This document shows, in pieces, positions 57,982 to 64,000 of a DNA stretch of 64,000 nucleotides. Positions within the stretch are counted from its first letter, which is position 1. The number at the start of each line of letters is the position of its first letter. The stretch is from Octopus vulgaris (lineage: Eukaryota). Position numbers and translations under genes: made by a program. The DNA lies in contig OX597819.1 in the NCBI GenBank assembly GCA_951406725.2, positions 25,916,001 through 25,980,000 on the forward strand, in the 5' to 3' direction. The notes beneath the pieces were generated by a model. That model worked only from the letters and a program-made list of their open reading frames with translations. It ran no database searches and had not been told where the DNA came from.

Positions 57982-59456
57982 TTTTGAAATTTCAAAATAG
58001 CTGACGACTAGTATCATGCTCGACCCAACGTGTAAATAATTAAGTACATGGATGAATATTAAACTGATCCTACGTAATGCTTTCTTTTTTAATGTTGAAT
58101 ATTGATATATATACATATTTTTACCTATTTTCGTTATGATATCATTTTTGATAATCTCATATTTTATTTTAATTCGATACAACATAACAATATTGTTTAT
58201 AAACAATCACCTATGAAACCCCATAATTAAACTTTCTCTGTATTAACATCATAGGTTTTATTAGCGTCTTGCCCCTTTAACTGGTAATTAACATCATGAT
58301 TTAGGGTCTTCTCCTACCCAGCCTCCTTTTATAGACAGTTATTCTATACCTAATGTTGAAACATCGGAATAATATAAACTTATTGAATAGCCGTTTTGAT
58401 CTAGGAGTATCCTGCATACATTGTGCCACTCGTACTTTTAAGTATTTTAAATAATAGCATTCTGACTATTCCTAAATTTTCAAATCTTTATGTGTTGTAG
58501 CAAAATAATATACTATACTAGTTTTTATTTTACCTGCATAGATTATTAAGAAATTTAATAATATAAATAAAGTGAATAAAGGGAAACTAAATATTTAAAA
58601 ACTTTTCTATATAGGATTGCATAAATTACATATATCTAATGAAGTTATTAAGTTCATCTTGATTACCTCCCTTCCATTACACTTTAAAGCATTTTAGAGG
58701 CTCTTAATATATGTGCTAATTTATAATTTTTTTGTTGCAGGAAATAAAAATAATATGTCTAGCATATTCCTTTAATTTAACTCATTAATACAAATAAATT
58801 ACTATTTACTAACTATAAATCTATATTAATAATAATCTGATATATATATATTTTTATAAATATGAATTGACTTCTATGCTCTCCATCCCTATATAAGACA
58901 CTAAAATTTAATAGAATCCTTCGGAAAAAAATATCTAAAAGATATTTATTTAAAATCACAAGTAAGATAATGGCTGTTAAATGGTAAGAACATTAGAAAT
59001 CTCTGCCTACTAACTGTAGCTGAAATGCAGTCAAATGTACCAGAGTTAAATTCCTCATGAACATAATAGAAAACCCCATCCCCATTGGTAAATCTAAATA
59101 ACAAAGTGAACTCAGTGATAAACAATATGCTCATGAGTTAAGATCTCCTACTACCATGTTTTTATTGATGAAATTCAACTCTCTGTCTATATACCTACCC
59201 TCTTTGTAATGTTGGCAAATGGAATAAGTATAAAAACGAACATTGTCAATTTAATTTTAAAAATTCTATATATGGCTGAACAGTGCTCTGCATTTTAAAA
59301 TTGATGTAATACTTACATTCTTTAGTTAAGTGAAGTAGCATGAAACGATCGTACTACACTACCTTTGAATATCCTTATAATTACCCCATTTGACTTATAT
59401 GGATAATACCATACTAAATTCTGGTGCCTTTAACTTAAGTACCATATTCATCTGAA

Positions 59457-59505
<49 letters not shown>

Positions 59506-59514
59506 ATACATATG

Positions 59515-59546
<32 letters not shown>

Positions 59547-60262
59547 GGTCAATGTAAATAAGTATGTATGCATATATGCATGTATGCGTGTATGTATGTA
59601 TAATGTTTTTCCTTAAACTTTCATGTCCGTATATAGCGAATTGTATAGAGTAATATAAATAGAATACTTCGGGAAATTGATACTCCCAAAGTGTTATCCG
59701 AATTCATCCAACATACATACATTATTCTGGTTTCTATATTTGTCATGACATCCTTTATGAATATTAAATGATCACAGTTAGTTTCTCCGTGCTTCTACTT
59801 CTAACTACTTAAAGGTTGCTATGTTACCTCTTACGTATTTAACAATAAAATCAATAGTATATATCAAGGATATGACAAACAGTTTCACTGCTTATAATTT
59901 TGTATTTGTGAAAATGTAAATTATAAGATATACTTTATTCATAAATTTTATATTATGTACAGTTTTGACTATGATACGTTTCACAATATAATGTGACAGT
60001 GAAATAGATTAAACCAGAAGCAAATAAATAGAGCTTACGATTGTTGATACACACACACACATATTTAAACAGTAAAAAAGTTGCCACATCAAATTGGTGA
60101 CAGACTTTACTGCTTAAAATAGTTACTACTTTATCTTTTCTTGCGATTTTACGACTATGTATATATATATATAAATGTGAAACAAGATGGAAAAAAGAGT
60201 ACTCAAATACCAGAGGTAGAGTAATATGCTTTACTTAAAAGCAGCAGAAATATAACAAAAGC

Positions 60263-60293
60263 TGTTACTTGGAGTTTCACGTTCCCGTTCGTC

Positions 60294-60298
<5 letters not shown>
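60263..60298 (-). ncRNA. Minimal type I hammerhead ribozyme (U4C variant) at the end of a (TA)n-embedded element (60172-60298)
   Basis: Minus strand tgt-CCGACGA-ACG ggaa CGT-GAAACT cca AGTA-aca; GNRA-capped stem II; the element stops right at stem I. Confidence 0.75.
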
Positions 60299-60361
<63 letters not shown>

Positions 60362-60452
60362 CGGGAAGCTTTATGAAAATAAACAAAAGACGAAGGCAGG
60401 TGGAAAACAAACACATACATTCACACATATATATATATACAGATTATATATT

Positions 60453-60486
<34 letters not shown>

Positions 60487-60493
60487 CATACAT

Positions 60494-60544
<51 letters not shown>

Positions 60545-60599
60545 AATTATATATATATGTATATATATATATACAGGTTATTACTAATTAACGAACATG

Positions 60600-61070
60600 A
60601 TATTGGTTGCAAATTTGGCAAACGGTCAGCAATTTCTGGAAAGACGGGGATGAGTAAGTTGAGTATATTGATCCTAGTGTTCAACTGGTATATATATGTT
60701 CAAGCCAGAAAGAACGACAAGCAAAGTCGCCCTAAGCACTATTTGAACTCAGAGCGTTAAAACGGACAAAATGCCGCTAAGCATTTTACCAGTCGAACTA
60801 ACGATTCTGCCAGTTCGCAGCATGTATGACCGTATAATATTAATAAATATTAAGGCGTCCAGCTGGCACAATCATTAGCATCCTGTGCAAAATGCTTAGC
60901 GGCATTTCGTCCGACTTTACGTTCTGAATTCAAATTCCGCCAAGTTGGACTTTGCTTCTCATATATCGGGGACGATAAAATCAGTACCTACCAGTTGTAG
61001 ATTGTTGTCGATATGATCGACATTCTCCCTCCCAGGAAATTAATGACGTTGTTGCCAAAATGAGAAATCA
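60600..61070. mobile_element. Head-to-head pair of diverged family-A SINEs (minus 60600-60820, plus 60853-61070)
   Basis: aaatgccgctaagcatttt vs aaaatgcttagcggcattt; B boxes in opposite orientation. Confidence 0.8.
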
Positions 61071-61538
61071 ATACCAGTAGAATTTATGTACATTTTCTCA
61101 TATAGGTTTGACCTATAAAATTAAGAGGCATATTATTAATTTCTATTCTAAGGATAACTTCGTAATAAGTTGTAAATACTTGTGTTGTTTTTAGTACAAA
61201 ACTATGTCTTTTAAAGATAATATCTGGATATATATCTTGCATTAATAGTTTAACTATAGAGCTTTATACCCTTCTCTGGACAATTGCAATCAGTAATGTG
61301 AATGGCCATTCAAAATTCATAGATGTAGTCAATTATTGAACAACAATATCTTATTTCTACGGAACTCCATGAAAATAACAGAAAATGATTTCCGCGTCAC
61401 TTGAACATAGAATATTAAGGGGCATAGACTTATTGCGATAATATACTGTGTTTCAACGCCCTACTGTCTCTTCCATGGTTGTATGTCATATATATGACTA
61501 CAATTAAAAAGTAAGTCATGTTTCATGAACACAATATT

Positions 61539-61582
61539 CGGATCTTTTCGGTTTGAACGGCAGTTTTTAACATAATTTCTAG

Positions 61583-61624
<42 letters not shown>

Positions 61625-62416
61625 TCTTTTACTTGTTTCAGTCATTTGACTGCGGCCATGCTGGAGCACCGCCTTTAGTCGAGCAAATCGACCCCGGGAC
61701 TTATTCTTTGTAAGCCCAGTACTTATTCTATCGGTCTCTTTTTGCCGAACCGCTAAGTGACGGGGACGTAAACACACCAGCATCGGTTGTCAAGCAATGC
61801 TAGGGAGACAAACACAGACACACAAACACACACATACATACATATATATTCATATATACGACAGGCTTCTTTCAGTTTCCATCTACCAAATCCACTTACA
61901 AGGCATTGGTCGGCCCGAGGCTATAGCAGAGGACACTTGCCCAAGATGCCACGCAGTGGGACTGATCCCGGAACCATGTGGTTGGTAAGCAAGCTACTTA
62001 CCACACAGCCACTCCTGCGCCTAACTAAAAAATTAAAAACTTCGTTTACTGGTAGAATGTGTTTATAAAACATCTTTTTCTCTTGGCTTTATTGAGAAAA
62101 TTCTATAGTTTGTAAGATATTTGTTGATTTTTTTCTTCAATTTCTGCAATTTCAACCAATCAATAACGTGTATTGAGGTAAAAAAACATTCTGTGCCTTA
62201 TGAATATGCCCCTCGTTTAAGAAACGATTGGGTTTATTTACATTTGTGAAGAAAAAAAAGATACCCTTCCCCCATCCCTAACCCTAACTAACCGTAACTA
62301 ACCCTAAACCTAAAACAGATTGAAACGCAATAGATCAATACTAGGGTCATAATTATGGGTGACAATTTCATATGACACCGCTAGAAAAAAACTGCCATTC
62401 AATCCGAAAAGATCCC
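61539..62416. mobile_element. Non-autonomous DNA transposon (MITE) with ~29-bp TIRs and flanking AATATT, interrupted by a SINE
   Basis: aatatt|cggatcttttcggtttgaacggcagttttt ... aaaaaactgccattcaatccgaaaagatccc|aatatt. Confidence 0.87.
61617..62021 (-). mobile_element. tRNA-derived SINE, family B (full length, with (CT)n tail from 61586) nested in the MITE
   Basis: Reverse-complement match to 45176-45583. Confidence 0.93.
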
Positions 62417-62909
62417 AATATTCAACTCTCCTGAAAAGAAATGACATAAATTCTAAAACAGTATCGATAGTTAATGCGCTGTAATATATTTAAGTATACT
62501 TAAATGCTTTTGCTGCAAGCGAGGTATCTTATTAACGTCAAGGACAACCGTTTTTGGTTGTGCTTAGCGATGCAGTCCTTCAACACAGTCTATGCTCTTT
62601 TGTGATTCTAGGATATGAGGCAATGTATATTAAAACGCTATATATGCATTATATTACCCAACCGTAAACGAAAATAAATCATAAGTTAACGTTGACTATA
62701 GGTTGTCTACTTTATATTTATGATTACAAAAGAGAGTATTATACACACTCGCGCACGCACAAGAATATATGATATTCTACGTGTGCGTGGTTGTGGAGAT
62801 ATATGTTCGTGCATACATAGCATGTTACGAATGAAATCCTTTTCTTGCTACCTATGCATGTATGTATAAATGTGTATAAAATCATCTTATATATATATAC
62901 ATACATATA

Positions 62910-63046
<137 letters not shown>

Positions 63047-64000
63047 AGAGACAGAGACAGAGACAGACAGGTTGAGAGAGTGAGAGAGACATACAGAAAG
63101 AAAAAGAATGCGTATATGCATATTGTATTTCTATGCGTGTATTTGTATTTTTAGTATTGTGAGTGTTCTTTTGTCCTTCCATATATTTCTTCATGTGCAT
63201 CAGCAAAAAGTATATCTCGATATTTTTTTTCCCCTAAAACTACCAATGAATACTGTCATCTGACATTGTGATTGAAATGTGAAAAAATGTTATGGAAGAC
63301 AGTTAAAACTAATTCTGAGCATAAACATGACAAAAGGAAAACTTTTGTATGACATAACTGATCGCAAAAAAATATAGTCAGCTCAACTTTAGGAAGCTTA
63401 AAGTGTCATTATATCGATATTTCATTTTCTTTTATGAACCTTATCGTTCACTAATGTAATGCATCTATTGAATAATGGGGATGAAAACATGCTGCAATCC
63501 TGGAAACTATGACATCGATTGCTATTCCTATCAAATTATATAAACTGCAAAAAACCATTCACTGAGTCAAAAGGAAATTCACAAATGCATTTTATTATAT
63601 CTACGTTTTTCATTCATTTCTTGTCAGGTGAATCAGAGAAAGACATTTTCATGGAACTAAAGATTTCGTAAATTTTAGTGTGATTATTTTAAACTTCATT
63701 TATCTAAAATATCAAGTTTTGTTGCCTTGCAGTGAATAACTTACCCAATGTACATGTACTATTTATTAGCTCTCCTTTTGAAAAAAATATAAACCCCATT
63801 TAGTTTTATTCTGTAGGCTGGCCTCGATATCCACATGAATCGATTTCGCCTCAGTTACGTTGATATTATACTCTGAAAAATATGAACGTCTCACTTCTGT
63901 AGTGTGACGTTTCAGTTGTACTCTTCACTAGATTCTCTCTACGAATTTTATCGATTTAACTCTTTCTTAACATTACATACTGGAGTTCATATTTTCAACT

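Noticed and set aside
58946-59134. Minus-strand candidate exon (FTNGDGVFYYVHEEF...)
   Set aside because: Weak splice signals and no recognisable homology; cannot be supported from sequence alone.
62276-62313. Telomere or chromosome-end remnant
   Set aside because: Short, degenerate and internal to a MITE.

Overview
AT-rich eukaryotic (animal) genomic DNA with no host protein-coding gene that I can confidently identify. The dense (TA)n/(TAA)n/(CA)n microsatellites and the tRNA-derived SINE repertoire look like a cephalopod (Octopus-like) genome, but that is an inference. Almost all listed ORFs are microsatellite or repeat artefacts. Supportable features: a young 5'-truncated CR1-group LINE (42137-44040, one frameshift) nested in a SINE, two Dong/R4-clade non-LTR retrotransposon relics, four mariner relics and one maT/DD37D-like transposase relic, a TIR-bounded MITE, and at least three SINE families. 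Main finding: several small non-coding elements, nearly all in or next to (TA)n tracts, carry type I hammerhead ribozyme (HHR) folds. The clearest is a 352-bp unit at 52514-53279, arranged as a partial tandem plus an inverted copy with one minimal HHR per unit (retrozyme / Penelope pseudo-LTR-like). Three of the HHRs, from two unrelated families, share a U4C core variant (CCGAYGA). The window also has many local inverted and direct duplications anchored at microsatellites, and a perfect RFX X-box next to an NRF1-like site and a candidate exon near 37.1-37.6 kb. All calls were made by eye; no searches or folding were run.
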